Source: Candidatus Thorarchaeota archaeon
GTDB lineage: Archaea; Asgardarchaeota; Thorarchaeia; Thorarchaeales; Thorarchaeaceae
Length of the DNA: 64,000 bases
NCBI GenBank assembly: GCA_046482545.1
Contig: JAWOEX010000023.1
Span: 27,836 to 91,835 of the forward strand
Direction of reading: 5' to 3'
Positions within the stretch are counted from its first letter, which is position 1. Each line of letters opens with the position of its first letter. The notes below the pieces were generated by a model, which ran no database searches, was not told the origin of the DNA, and was given only the letters and a program-made list of their open reading frames with translations. This document shows, piece after piece, positions 1 through 10,188 of this stretch. A program made the position numbers and the translations under genes.

Positions 1-126
1 AGTTGGGATGATGTGATGGCGAAGACCGCTACGTTCAGTTATCAGGAAGGTTTTGAGATTCTTTATACCAACCTTGTTTAGTTGAATGCGGTGATGTGGT
101 TTCTCGTTCTGCGTATCAAAGACCAT
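1..126 (-). CDS. GTP cyclohydrolase FolE2/MptA family, N-terminal part (runs off window edge)
   Basis: Not in ORF track. Manual translation from ATG at 126: MVFDTQNEKPHHRIQLNKVGIKNLKT..., matching the D.Q...P...I.L.(K/R)VGI N-terminus of FolE2/MptA. Lies directly downstream of queD. Confidence 0.7.
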   Translation of the reverse strand, partial: MVFDTQNEKPHHRIQLNKVGIKNLKTFLITERSGLRHHIIPT

Positions 127-150
127 GAATATCACATTCGTCTTCGTAAT

Positions 151-603
151 TTAAACCTCATAGCAACCAAAGCTATATCGGGACTCAGCAACACATACCT
201 TCAGCTGCTCAAATTCTTCGGATAAGCCGGACCGTTTCAATATGAGCTCAGCAAGAAGCTCTGCCGTGGTTGCCCTAATCGGCAGAACAACACAATCACT
301 TGAAGGGATAACATAGCGCCTAGAATCTACCATTACTTCAATCGAGTCATCTTCATGTTCGAGATTTATTGAATCGGATTTTCCAGGCAACAGAATCTTG
401 TGGTCAAGTTCTTCGCAAATCTCTCCAACTCGCTGCTTGATTAGCCTGAAATCCGCCACCATATCATGCTCGTCAAGCTGACCCAAAATCTCGATCTCAA
501 CGTAGTAGTTGTGACCGTGCAGTCTTTCACATCCCTTTGTATCTTCAACAAAATGTGCAGAACTGAAGTGCATTTTTGGATCGTTGACTCTTATGCTGTG
601 CAT
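151..603 (-). CDS. queD: 6-carboxy-5,6,7,8-tetrahydropterin synthase / 6-pyruvoyl-tetrahydropterin synthase
   Basis: FSSAH, CERLHGHNY, LDH and TAELLA motifs. Likely start is ATG 603 rather than the track's 687. Confidence 0.85.
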   Translation of the reverse strand: MHSIRVNDPKMHFSSAHFVEDTKGCERLHGHNYYVEIEILGQLDEHDMVADFRLIKQRVGEICEELDHKILLPGKSDSINLEHEDDSIEVMVDSRRYVIPSSDCVVLPIRATTAELLAELILKRSGLSEEFEQLKVCVAESRYSFGCYEV

Positions 604-690
604 ATCCGGACCTCCGGATCTACTTTCGCCTAGCAACCGTTCTATATGTAAAACTGTCGGAACCGGGTACTCTATCTTTGGGAACAATCA

Positions 691-2454
691 CTATTTTTCA
701 TAATCAATGGCTTGGTTTCTCTCATAGATATCGATTAATTCACCAACCGAGGTTGCATCTGTTGGACCTTTGTCGTCTCTCCACCTTCCCGTGAATCGCG
801 GGAAGCGAATAGCAAGTCCATCATCGTCTAGTCTGCCTGTTCCTGCTAGGTGAGTGGGACTCAAAGTGATTTCATCGCCGAGTACTTCGATGACCAAAGC
901 AGGTTCTATCCATACATCCGCGTCAATATCGGACTGGACTCGTGGATCCTTCCGTGAAATAATGCGCTCTTCCAAACGTTCTTTGAATTCTGCTAGCATT
1001 TCATCAGTGAATCCGGTGCCAATTTTGCAGACAGTAGGAAATTTCCCTGTTCTTTCATCATAAGCTGATGCGAGAATGGCTCCATAGACACCAGTCCTTT
1101 TTCCTCGACCATGCAAGGCACCAACTACAACAAGGTCAACCGAATCGCTCATTCCTTCTGTGTAAGATGCCTTCAGTTTAATCCATAGCCAGCTACGGGC
1201 TCCAGCCTGATAAACCGACTTCTCGTGAATGGCCTTGGCTATCACACCCTCGTTACCTATTTCTAGGGCCTCTTGAAACATCTCATCAAGTGTAGTAGCC
1301 TCTTTGATTACTTTTCCCTGCGTTAAAGAAACCATGTCGTTTTCTTCAATCATTTTCTTCAATGCTTTACGACGTTCAAGCATAGGAAAGTCGGTGAGGT
1401 TTTGTCCGGCAGCATAGAGTGCATCGAAGAAATACATAGCTACAGGCACTTCCTCTCGGAACTCTTCTATTCTCTCTTTGCGACGGCGACGCATCAGCGT
1501 CTGGAACGGCAGAGAACGACCTGTGTCCAGATCAATCGCAACGCATTCGCCTTCGAGGATGCACTGCTCAACTGTTACAGAATTAGCAATCATCTCAACA
1601 ACATCAGGATACTGGGATGTGATATTCTCTTGACGTCTTGAGTACAGCGTTACGATATCTCCATTTTTGTGCACTTGTATCCTTTCACCATCATATTTGA
1701 ATTCGACAAGAGCGGAACCCTCAACTTTCTCTAATATCTCGGTAGACGATGATAATTTCTGTGCAGCCATCATCCGGATAGGAATCCCGACCTGCGGCTT
1801 TATTGAAGTAACCGCTTCGATTCCGTCCCGTGCAAGAAGCTCTCCAACGTATCCAAGGTCACTACTGAAGTTGTAAGCCCGTTCCAGGTCCCCCCGGACT
1901 TCACGATTGCCGATGAATGCTTGAGATAGAGCATCCAAAATACTCATGTCGCCAAGACCAAGACGCAAATCACCGGTTACTGTTCGCAGTATATAGCGAG
2001 CCTCCAAAGGCGAAGCGTTACTGAGAACCCCCACCAAAAGAGAGATTTTCTCTCGAGTGCTTCCTTTCCCCGATATGCGAGAGACTTCATCGAGTGTGTT
2101 GTATACCAAGTCCACCGTTACGTTGTTTATGACGAGTGTTGATTGAGCAGTCTGCGAAAGCAATTCCTCCGCTACGAGGCCTATATCTCCATGCCTCCTT
2201 AGCCCACTCACAACCTTCGATTCTGGGACGGATGCTGCAGCTGCAACAACTCGAACTGTCATTTTCTCTGCAATGCCAATTTCAGGCTCACCCTTCCAGT
2301 CAGGATGAAGCTTTCCCCTTGTAAGGGCAATCACCTTGCTTATTTCTTCAGCATCAGCATCTTTTAGCACACCAGCAAAGATGTTTATCTTTTCTAAAAG
2401 CCCACTGGTAGATTCGATATCCAAGTAAGCGTTTGCCAAATTTTCATAATTCAT
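691..2454 (-). CDS. lig: ATP-dependent DNA ligase (archaeal)
   Basis: KYDGER adenylation motif, EGVIAK, WIKLK, IRFPRF..WRDDK; 587 aa. Confidence 0.97.
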   Translation of the reverse strand: MNYENLANAYLDIESTSGLLEKINIFAGVLKDADAEEISKVIALTRGKLHPDWKGEPEIGIAEKMTVRVVAAAASVPESKVVSGLRRHGDIGLVAEELLSQTAQSTLVINNVTVDLVYNTLDEVSRISGKGSTREKISLLVGVLSNASPLEARYILRTVTGDLRLGLGDMSILDALSQAFIGNREVRGDLERAYNFSSDLGYVGELLARDGIEAVTSIKPQVGIPIRMMAAQKLSSSTEILEKVEGSALVEFKYDGERIQVHKNGDIVTLYSRRQENITSQYPDVVEMIANSVTVEQCILEGECVAIDLDTGRSLPFQTLMRRRRKERIEEFREEVPVAMYFFDALYAAGQNLTDFPMLERRKALKKMIEENDMVSLTQGKVIKEATTLDEMFQEALEIGNEGVIAKAIHEKSVYQAGARSWLWIKLKASYTEGMSDSVDLVVVGALHGRGKRTGVYGAILASAYDERTGKFPTVCKIGTGFTDEMLAEFKERLEERIISRKDPRVQSDIDADVWIEPALVIEVLGDEITLSPTHLAGTGRLDDDGLAIRFPRFTGRWRDDKGPTDATSVGELIDIYERNQAIDYEK

Positions 2455-2493
2455 CGGCTAAAGGCGTCCTAGAAAGCCGTTGACACCATATGC

Positions 2494-2501
2494 TTTATAA
2501 A
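2494..2501. promoter_or_regulatory. Palindromic TATA box (TTTATAAA), candidate bidirectional promoter for lig and rps17e
   Basis: Sits in the 96-bp divergent gap, 40-50 nt from each start codon. Confidence 0.5.
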
Positions 2502-2550
2502 CACAATCTAGGGCCTGAAGACAGTCGTTACAGAATCAGGTGAATCATCG

Positions 2551-2802
2551 ATGGGATCAATTAGACCAAATTTCATCAAAACAGCAGCAAGGAAACTGCT
2601 TAGATACTACCCAGATGAATTCACAACTGATTTTGAAACCAACAAACGGCTAGTGGAACAGTATTCAGATGCCAAGACCAAACGTGTTAGAAATAGAATA
2701 GCAGGTTATTTGGTTCGTCTGATTACGATTGAGCAAACCCGTGCAGAAGCTGAGGCAATGGCTGCTGCGCAGGAAGAGCAACTAGCTGATATGGAAATGT
2801 GA
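2551..2802 (+). CDS. rps17e: 30S ribosomal protein S17e (eS17)
   Basis: MGSIRPNFIK...FTTDFETNK...RVRNRIAGY signature; SD GGTGA upstream. Confidence 0.97.
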   Translation: MGSIRPNFIKTAARKLLRYYPDEFTTDFETNKRLVEQYSDAKTKRVRNRIAGYLVRLITIEQTRAEAEAMAAAQEEQLADMEM

Positions 2803-2901
2803 TTGTCCACACCAATCGCGCACTATTTTTCGGCTTACTTCCTTATTTCCAGTATCAAGTCGTGGATATCTCTTGAGCATTTGATACGCTGGGATGCTCT
2901 G

Positions 2902-5610
2902 TTAGATTTCCAGCTTCTTCTTCTCTTGGGTCAAAGCCTGCGCTTCTTCCATTGCAGATTCGTAGACATCAATCGGGAAGTTGTCATGCAAAGGTGATAT
3001 TTTTGCGCCGGCATAAACTGCTCCGTAGAATCGCTTAGCCAACCACCCAATTCCCGTCACCTTAACCATTTTCGCGGATTTTCCAAATTCTGCAAGGGTG
3101 TTCTCATCCCATGCCCCAGTTAGCCCGCTGACGAAGGAGTAGAAGTACAGTGACGGTAAGGTAGCAATGAAGAACAGTATAGCAGACGTAATGAGATCAT
3201 TTACTCCACCCCAGAATAGCTGGCTCAGAAACTCAAGCACGAGGTAGTTCGCCACTGCAGCTAAAGCAGGTCCCACATAGCTTTGCCAGACGTAAAGTTT
3301 CGGCGCGGTTATCTTCCGCCGAATCAGTGCCCAAACTGCTAAGTTCTTGCAGAAAAGAGCAATGCTGTAAGCTGTTATGATGCCGGGCATGCCTCCGAGG
3401 TAAACCCCGTAAACTATCGGCTCATATACGACAAAGAAGATCATTCCCACCGCCCTGATGGATTGCTCAAGAATCCACACTCCAGCCGCCAAGTCTGTTC
3501 GTTCAGCTGCTGCAAACACCCAATCACCAAGCCATGACCAGAACCCCATCAACTGAAAGACTAGGAAAAACTGCAGAAGAACAGCTGCGTATGACCAAGC
3601 CTCACCCGCTGCTCCGAGTATCGCTCTAGCACCAACTGCTGCTAGGCCGGAAATAAGCCAGAAAACAAAGAATGCACCCCATCTGAGAGCCTGAGCAGTA
3701 TAAAGCTCTGTCAACTTCTCCTTTGCATGTGAATATGCTTCAGAAATTCCGCCCAACATGCTTTCCATGAAAAGGCCTACAACGCTGACAAGAATAGCTA
3801 AATCCCACGCCAGTTGGAATTGGCCTTGTAAAGCAGACCAGTTCAGCAAATTCGTACTGACAACAAGCATCTGAACAAACCAGACAATTGGAACAGCGGC
3901 TGCACCTACTGTCCACTTAGCTCCGAATTTCAAGGCTTTCTTTATCTGTTTCATATCGAAGTCTACCCTGAATAGCGTCCCCACATTGAAACCTAGTCGC
4001 TTGAACAGATATACCGAGACACCGAAAGTCAGCCATTCATTGAAGTACATCCCAACAGCTTGCCCAATAGCCCCACCTAGTGCCTGTCCAAATATCGGAT
4101 TCTGTGCCCCCCACCAGCGAAATACGAGAATCATGATGTAAGGCGCAGCTATGTTGAACACGGCCCAATAGAGGATGTTGATTATTTGCTGCAGGTCTAT
4201 GCGGTTCATTCCTCGAAAAACATGCACAAACAAGAGACAGAACCCTGGAAACTGGAAAAGCGAATGAGCTATGAAGACATACGAAAGGTGAGCCAAGTAC
4301 GTATGGGGAAACAAAATCGACCCGATAAAGGCTACCCCGGTTATCTGCACCATACCGGTTATGAGCTGGAACCAGACGAAGATTTGGGCGTATTTGACCG
4401 CTTCCTGTGGCTGGTCTACACGGTACTCTGCGAAGTATTTGGCAAGAGCTACAGAAGTCCCGAGATCGAACACGACCCACAGTCCTTGGAAAAGGTTCAC
4501 GCTGAAGCTGAACCACCCACTGGCCTGCGGAAATGGCATGATAAATCGGGGGTAGATCATGATGCTGAGGACTACACGAGGAATTACGATTAGCAGCGTG
4601 ATGAAGAGCTGAATGAGAAATCCGCTGATCTGCCTGTGCATGCCGATTTCCTCCCACTCATCAATCTCGTCTTCCGTTTCGACGAGAAGCTCAGCTCGCT
4701 CGATTTCTGTTAGCACCTCTTCTTCTTCGGAACGTCGCTTCATGGTGCGATATGCGGATACGGTTGTGATGCCGAGAACCAAAACAATGATACCAATGAT
4801 AATCTGCTGGGTCCTATGAGGAACAGGTGAATAGGACCAAGCGGCATAGCTCAAAGGCTGTTGGCCTGCCAGATGGGTGGCTGTTGAGTAGGTCAAATAG
4901 TTGAAGTATGGCCATAATGTAAGTTGTTCATTGATTTCATTGCCAGTTTCATCGAGTGTTAGCCAAGCGGTGAGCACTATAATCTCACCATCACCCTTCG
5001 CTGTTCGAGTCAATACCGGTGCGCCCCCAGTTTCAAAACCTGTTTCGTTGGCCAGAAGCACAGTTGTCTCTTCTGTTACTGAAGGAAGCAATGTCATCTT
5101 CTGAACTGTAGGCGCTGAAGACCAGTCAAAGCTGGTAAGGGGCGTTTCCTTAGTCATCGTCTTGATTGCAACATCAGCAGTGTCATCACTCACTTCAATC
5201 CCAGGTGTGGAGATAACACCAAGATTCTGAAGCGTAGTGCCATTTTGCGAGCTTTCAGGGCCGAGAAGATAGAGCAACCCGCCCCCATTCTCAACAAACA
5301 GTCCTACTTCTGTTGTCTCGCTACTTGTTAAAACTTGATCTGCCAAAATCAGCACGTCAGGCGCTGATGAAAGAGCATCTATTACTGAAGAACATTCATT
5401 CACCTCAAGGCTTTCTGTATCAAGGCGAAGTGATGATACAACGCTCGGAGCAACGTCAGCACCGACAACGGCGACTTCAACACTGTCTCCTATTTGTTCG
5501 GGACGAAAGGGGTCTGCTACTACGGACATCATAACGACCCCGGGGAGAACCATGATTGCCGTGAACATAGCTACGATGAGTAACTTACTACCATCCATAC
5601 AGAACACCAT
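2902..5610 (-). CDS. Large membrane protein: N-terminal signal/anchor, extracellular GATase1-like alpha/beta domain, C-terminal MOP-superfamily (Wzx/MATE-like) flippase domain
   Basis: Hydrophobic N-terminus; DVLILAD...FVENGGGLL; single TM then acidic linker; about 12-14 TM helices with DLGTSVALAKYFAEY resembling polysaccharide flippases. Confidence 0.6.
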   Translation of the reverse strand: MVFCMDGSKLLIVAMFTAIMVLPGVVMMSVVADPFRPEQIGDSVEVAVVGADVAPSVVSSLRLDTESLEVNECSSVIDALSSAPDVLILADQVLTSSETTEVGLFVENGGGLLYLLGPESSQNGTTLQNLGVISTPGIEVSDDTADVAIKTMTKETPLTSFDWSSAPTVQKMTLLPSVTEETTVLLANETGFETGGAPVLTRTAKGDGEIIVLTAWLTLDETGNEINEQLTLWPYFNYLTYSTATHLAGQQPLSYAAWSYSPVPHRTQQIIIGIIVLVLGITTVSAYRTMKRRSEEEEVLTEIERAELLVETEDEIDEWEEIGMHRQISGFLIQLFITLLIVIPRVVLSIMIYPRFIMPFPQASGWFSFSVNLFQGLWVVFDLGTSVALAKYFAEYRVDQPQEAVKYAQIFVWFQLITGMVQITGVAFIGSILFPHTYLAHLSYVFIAHSLFQFPGFCLLFVHVFRGMNRIDLQQIINILYWAVFNIAAPYIMILVFRWWGAQNPIFGQALGGAIGQAVGMYFNEWLTFGVSVYLFKRLGFNVGTLFRVDFDMKQIKKALKFGAKWTVGAAAVPIVWFVQMLVVSTNLLNWSALQGQFQLAWDLAILVSVVGLFMESMLGGISEAYSHAKEKLTELYTAQALRWGAFFVFWLISGLAAVGARAILGAAGEAWSYAAVLLQFFLVFQLMGFWSWLGDWVFAAAERTDLAAGVWILEQSIRAVGMIFFVVYEPIVYGVYLGGMPGIITAYSIALFCKNLAVWALIRRKITAPKLYVWQSYVGPALAAVANYLVLEFLSQLFWGGVNDLITSAILFFIATLPSLYFYSFVSGLTGAWDENTLAEFGKSAKMVKVTGIGWLAKRFYGAVYAGAKISPLHDNFPIDVYESAMEEAQALTQEKKKLEI

Positions 5611-5712
5611 GAAGGGTACCTAGGGTTATGGTAGGATGGCATTAATATCGATGTCGGATTGTAGGGAAACAGTTATGCGTGTATCCTCGGGTGAAAAGAC
5701 AAGGGTCCGGAA

Positions 5713-6984
5713 ATGAGCAATGCCGAAAACGATGAGAAATCCAATTCAAAAGAAAGATTCGGCAAAGGGCAGACTGTTGCATTGGTTTCCCTTGTAGTGG
5801 TTGCATTTCTCGCCATAACGAAAGCGGCTGTAGGATTTCTCTATGGTAGCATTGCATTGCTCGCTGATGCCGTTAATTCATTCTCAGACATCTTGGCTTC
5901 AGGACTCGTTTGGTCAGGTCTTACTCTATCTCAGAAAGAACCAACGGAAAGATTTCCGTATGGCTACTACCGAGCAGAAACCCTAGCCTCTCTAGTCGTT
6001 TCTGCGCTGATTATATTCTCAGGAGTCGAAATACTCTGGGAGGCAGTAAGAAATATTCGCGCTCCTATTGCTGTTCCACTTGCGATTCCTCCCCTTGCGG
6101 CAGCTGCTCTATCAATGATACTATACTACGCCCTGTTCAGATACAAGAAACAAGTTGGTTCGGAGATAGATAGCAAAGGCCTCGTTGCTGATGCGAAGCA
6201 TTCGCTTGCGGATGTAGCTAGTGGTTTCATAGTATTCATCGGCATCTTGCTCTCCGGTGTAGGATATCCCATAGCAGAAGTAGTCGTCGCTATCCTAGTT
6301 GGAATTATCGTAGTCAAAGAAGGTTTTTCTCAAGCCAAAGATGCTGTTCTATATCTTATGGACGCGTGCCTTAGTCCCGAGATGGTTTCGGAAATGCGAG
6401 ACATTGCAACTAAAGTAAAGGGCATCACTGACGTTCATGATGTGCGGTTACGCCAAGCAGGTCCAGTCTATTTTGGTGAAATGCACATTACTGTGAACAG
6501 GAACCTCAGCATCAAGCAAGCTCATGTGTTGGCTGACAAAGCAGAAGCAAAGATAATGGCAAACACCGAGAACTTAGAAAACGTTACCATTCATATCGAT
6601 CCGACCGAAGAATCGGTGCACCATATTGGAGTACCTGTTCTAGAACAAAACGGCCTTAGTTCAAAATTGTCTCCTCATTTTGCCAAGGCCCCCTATTTCA
6701 TGATTATCGTTCTGAAAAATGAGAATATTGAGAGCACAATTTTTATCGAAAATCCAGGACAGAACTTAGACCGAAGAAGAGGAATCAAGGCAGTAGAAAC
6801 TCTGGATGAACAGGATGTTGATACAATCATGTGCAATGAGCTTGGGGAAGGTACGTATGAACTGCTTACGGCCAAGGGTGTGGAGCTATACCAAATTCCT
6901 GCCAACAAAAGCACAGTACGGGAAGTGCTGAATTTGTTTTTGGGAGGTAATCTCCAGCAGATGAAAGTGCTGAATAGTCAGTAG
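5713..6984 (+). CDS. Cation diffusion facilitator (FieF-like) fused to C-terminal NifB/NifX-like (FeMo-co-binding-like) domain
   Basis: SIALLADAVNSFSD, FPYGYYRAE, ADAKHSLAD, IHIDP; C-terminal SPHFAKAPYF...N.G.G motif of the NifX/NifB fold. Confidence 0.9.
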   Translation: MSNAENDEKSNSKERFGKGQTVALVSLVVVAFLAITKAAVGFLYGSIALLADAVNSFSDILASGLVWSGLTLSQKEPTERFPYGYYRAETLASLVVSALIIFSGVEILWEAVRNIRAPIAVPLAIPPLAAAALSMILYYALFRYKKQVGSEIDSKGLVADAKHSLADVASGFIVFIGILLSGVGYPIAEVVVAILVGIIVVKEGFSQAKDAVLYLMDACLSPEMVSEMRDIATKVKGITDVHDVRLRQAGPVYFGEMHITVNRNLSIKQAHVLADKAEAKIMANTENLENVTIHIDPTEESVHHIGVPVLEQNGLSSKLSPHFAKAPYFMIIVLKNENIESTIFIENPGQNLDRRRGIKAVETLDEQDVDTIMCNELGEGTYELLTAKGVELYQIPANKSTVREVLNLFLGGNLQQMKVLNSQ

Positions 6985-7196
6985 TATCCGGCATTCACTT
7001 TCATTCTTCATCTTGCTTCTTCTTGCTCCTTCCAATCACTGCAAACTGGCAGTTCACGATTAGGAAATGCTAGTTCTTCGTGAATGGCGCGGTTGTCAGT
7101 GCTATTTGATTTCACGTTGTTCTGGCGGTACTATTGCTGGCTACATTAAGGGGCACAATCGTGGTAATCCCTTCCAGAAACGCGAATTTGAGTAAG

Positions 7197-7205
7197 AAAT
7201 AAATA
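7197..7205 (+). promoter_or_regulatory. TATA-like box for a probably leaderless pur operon transcript
   Basis: AAATAAATA centred about 28 nt upstream of the purN ATG; no SD before purN. Confidence 0.4.
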
Positions 7206-7228
7206 AGCCTCCTCAAGCGGCTGTTTGC

Positions 7229-7834
7229 ATGACACGCATCGGGGTTCTGATATCAGGAAGGGGTACAAACCTTCAGGCCCTCATCGATGCCCAGAAACGC
7301 GGAGATTTTGATGGGCAGATTGCCATTGTGATTAGTAATAAGAGCAAAGCTGAGGGCTTGAAACGTGCTGATCGAGCGGGAATCAAGACAAGGATAATCA
7401 CGAAAAAGGACTATCCAGTTCGAGAAGAACATGATCGAGCGGTCATTCAAGTTCTTAAAGAGCACGATGTAAATCTTGTCGTACTAGCAGGATACATGAG
7501 AATTCTGTCACCGTTCTTCTGCCAAGAGTACAAGCACAGGATGATTAATGTGCATCCCTCACTTCTTCCCGCTTTCAAGGGCGTGAAGGCCCAGTGGCAG
7601 GCAGTAGAATACGGAGTCAAGGTCTCCGGATGTACCACACATTTTGTCGAGCCTGATGTCGATGCAGGGGCAATTATTCTACAGACTCCCGTTAAGGTCC
7701 GTCAGAACGACACAGGAGAGACCCTTGCAGCGAGGATTCTACCAGAAGAGCATCGAATACTTGTCGAGAGTGTGAAGCTGTTCTGTGCAGACCAGTTGAC
7801 AGTTGATGGGAGAATTGTAAAAATCAAGGAGTGA
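7229..7834 (+). CDS. purN: Phosphoribosylglycinamide formyltransferase
   Basis: ISGRGTNLQA, LAGYMRIL, NVHPSLLP, GCTTHFV..VDAG. Confidence 0.97.
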   Translation: MTRIGVLISGRGTNLQALIDAQKRGDFDGQIAIVISNKSKAEGLKRADRAGIKTRIITKKDYPVREEHDRAVIQVLKEHDVNLVVLAGYMRILSPFFCQEYKHRMINVHPSLLPAFKGVKAQWQAVEYGVKVSGCTTHFVEPDVDAGAIILQTPVKVRQNDTGETLAARILPEEHRILVESVKLFCADQLTVDGRIVKIKE

Positions 7835-7840
7835 GGAGGT

Positions 7841-9238
7841 TTGTGTGGTGTTCTCGGTATTCTTGGCAATTATGAGCTGACCGCCTCGAAGGAGCTTTTG
7901 CTGCTCCTTGCACACCGTGGACAAGATGCCTCCGGGTTGCTCTGGAAAGAGAATGAAGGATTCGGACAATCCAAGTCAATGGGAAGTCCTTCACAGATAC
8001 TTGTTCCTGAAGAAACCTCGAACTTCTTGTTGGGTAGCACAAGGTATCCCACATCAGGACGAAGAGTGTGTTCTGAGAATGACCTCGAAGATTTCGTGGC
8101 CCCATTCCAGAGGGGCGAAGTAGCCATTACGCATAACGGGAATATCACAAATCTTCGTCAGTTAACAGAAAAGGAATACCGATGCGATACCCAGTTCATA
8201 TGCGATAGGCTTCATAATCATCTCAGTCATACCGAAGGTAACCTTCCGGAAGCCTTCTCCCGACTTGTAGATGAAATTGATGGCGCGTACAGCCTAGTTG
8301 GAATGTACGACGGAATACTATTTGCATTTCGAGATTCTCGAGGGATAAAGCCGCTTGTGTTTGGAAGATCAGAAACACACACAGTCATCGCTTCTGAGAG
8401 CATGGTTCTCGACATGGCTGGAGTTGGGCTTGAGAGGGATGTGTATCCAGGAGAGTTACTGCTGTTTGGTACAAATCAATCGATGCAATCGTATGCTATA
8501 ACGCAACATGATTACCACTCCCATTGCTTCTTTGAGTACGTCTATTTCGCAAATCCAGCTGCCAGAATTCAGAACCAACTTGTGTATGACGTCCGCTTCA
8601 GATTGGGGAGAGCCCTAGCCAAATCGTTCATGAAACTAGCGCTTGAAAAACCGGATTACGTAGTCCCCGTACCGGACACTAGTCGCCCGGCAGCTCAGGC
8701 ACTTGCAGAGGAGCTCGAGGTACCAATGAGAGAAATAATCCTCAAGAATAGATACCTTGGGCGCACATTCATCGCACAGTCTCAGAACATGAGAAATTTA
8801 ATGGCTCGGTACAAGTACATCTACCTTGATGACAAAATTCGGGGGAAGACCATCTTGGTAGTGGATGATAGCATTGTGAGGGGCACAACTGCTAAGATGA
8901 TTGTTGCAGACTTGAAGCAACGTGGTGCAAGGAACGTCTACTTCGCCGTAACCTGCCCACCCCAGAAGCATCCGTGTTATTATGGAATCGATATTTCAAC
9001 TTCGAGCGAGTTGATAGCCTCCAATGCGAATCAGGATGAAATCCGTGAATTCGTAGATGCTGACGCTCTCATCTACCAAGATATGGATGGGCTCATCAAT
9101 GCAATTGGAATCCACGATATGTGCTTAGCCTGTCTCGACGGGCACTACCCTACAGAATATGCGAATAAGATTCAGCGGGCGGTCAAGGAAAAGGAAGGAG
9201 CAGAAGGAATCAGGGATTACGAGAGGATTATAGAATGA
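7841..9238 (+). CDS. purF: Amidophosphoribosyltransferase
   Basis: TTG start after GGAGG; N-terminal MCG, HRGQ, HNGNI, VVDDSIVRGTT PRPP loop, Fe-S cysteines (CFFEYVY, PCYYGID, CLAC). Confidence 0.96.
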   Translation: MCGVLGILGNYELTASKELLLLLAHRGQDASGLLWKENEGFGQSKSMGSPSQILVPEETSNFLLGSTRYPTSGRRVCSENDLEDFVAPFQRGEVAITHNGNITNLRQLTEKEYRCDTQFICDRLHNHLSHTEGNLPEAFSRLVDEIDGAYSLVGMYDGILFAFRDSRGIKPLVFGRSETHTVIASESMVLDMAGVGLERDVYPGELLLFGTNQSMQSYAITQHDYHSHCFFEYVYFANPAARIQNQLVYDVRFRLGRALAKSFMKLALEKPDYVVPVPDTSRPAAQALAEELEVPMREIILKNRYLGRTFIAQSQNMRNLMARYKYIYLDDKIRGKTILVVDDSIVRGTTAKMIVADLKQRGARNVYFAVTCPPQKHPCYYGIDISTSSELIASNANQDEIREFVDADALIYQDMDGLINAIGIHDMCLACLDGHYPTEYANKIQRAVKEKEGAEGIRDYERIIE

Positions 9239-10188
9239 AGATTGGCACAATCGCAAGTCATAGTGCCCTCAACATTATCTCAGGTGCACGAGCGGAGGGA
9301 TTTGAGACAGTATTACTTTGCACACCTGAGAGGAGAGAGTTCTACAGTACATTCGGTCTGTCGGATAGTATTCTAGAAATCTCAAGCTTTGATGAGATTC
9401 TGGAGATGAACCTTTCAGACACTATAATGATTCCACATGGCTCCTTCGTTGCGTACATTGGTGCAAATCGAATTCTTGAATCTAATCTACGTTTGTTTGG
9501 CAGTAAAGAGTTACTGCGTTGGGAAGAGGACAGGCAGCTCAAATCCAATCTTATGAAAGCAGCCGGGTTTCAAGTTCCCAGAGAGTTCTCTCATGTCGAT
9601 GAAATCGATTGTCCTGTTATAGTAAAGACCCACGGGGCAGCTGGAGGAGAGGGTTATTTCATCGCAAAGGATAAACAGGAAGTACTTGCGAAACAAGACT
9701 CCGAGACTCAGTACACGATGCAGGAGTTTATCGTGGGCACGAAGATCTTCGTTACCTACTTCAACTCATTCGCTCGGGAGCGACTGGAGATCTTTGGGGT
9801 GGATATCCGGTATGAAACAGACGCAGATGCCAATCTAAGATTCAATGATAAGCCTTCATTCGTCGTTGTTGGTAATCTACCCATGGTGCTAAGAGAGTCG
9901 ACGCTTTCAAAATATTATAGAATGGGAAAGGACTTCTTGGACGCTTTTCGCGACCTGACAGGAAAGGAGCTGCCAGGGCCATTCTGTATTGAGACCATTA
10001 TAGACAAAGAGCAACAAATCTACACTTTTGAGTTCAGCGGGCGAATTGTCGCGGGCACAAATGTTTGGATACCAAACTCGCCCTATAGCTATGTGATGTT
10101 CAATGAACCCATGTGGATGGGGAAAAGAATAGCTCGCGAGATTAGGGAATTACAGGACGAGGATTCTCTTGATGAGGCGATTCAATGA
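9235..10188 (+). CDS. purP: PurP-family ATP-grasp protein (formate-dependent AICAR transformylase / FAICAR synthetase), paralogue 1
   Basis: IGTIASHSAL, PHGSFVAY, GAAGGEGYF, GPFCIE, FSGRIVAGTN. Confidence 0.88.
   Translation: MKIGTIASHSALNIISGARAEGFETVLLCTPERREFYSTFGLSDSILEISSFDEILEMNLSDTIMIPHGSFVAYIGANRILESNLRLFGSKELLRWEEDRQLKSNLMKAAGFQVPREFSHVDEIDCPVIVKTHGAAGGEGYFIAKDKQEVLAKQDSETQYTMQEFIVGTKIFVTYFNSFARERLEIFGVDIRYETDADANLRFNDKPSFVVVGNLPMVLRESTLSKYYRMGKDFLDAFRDLTGKELPGPFCIETIIDKEQQIYTFEFSGRIVAGTNVWIPNSPYSYVMFNEPMWMGKRIAREIRELQDEDSLDEAIQ

Noticed and set aside
6985-7196. Possible purine/ZTP/PRPP riboswitch upstream of purN (hairpins TTCACGA/TCGTGAA, TTCTGG/CCAGAA, AAGGG/CCCTT)
   Set aside because: No recognisable aptamer consensus, and the TATA position implies a leaderless purN transcript that excludes this region.
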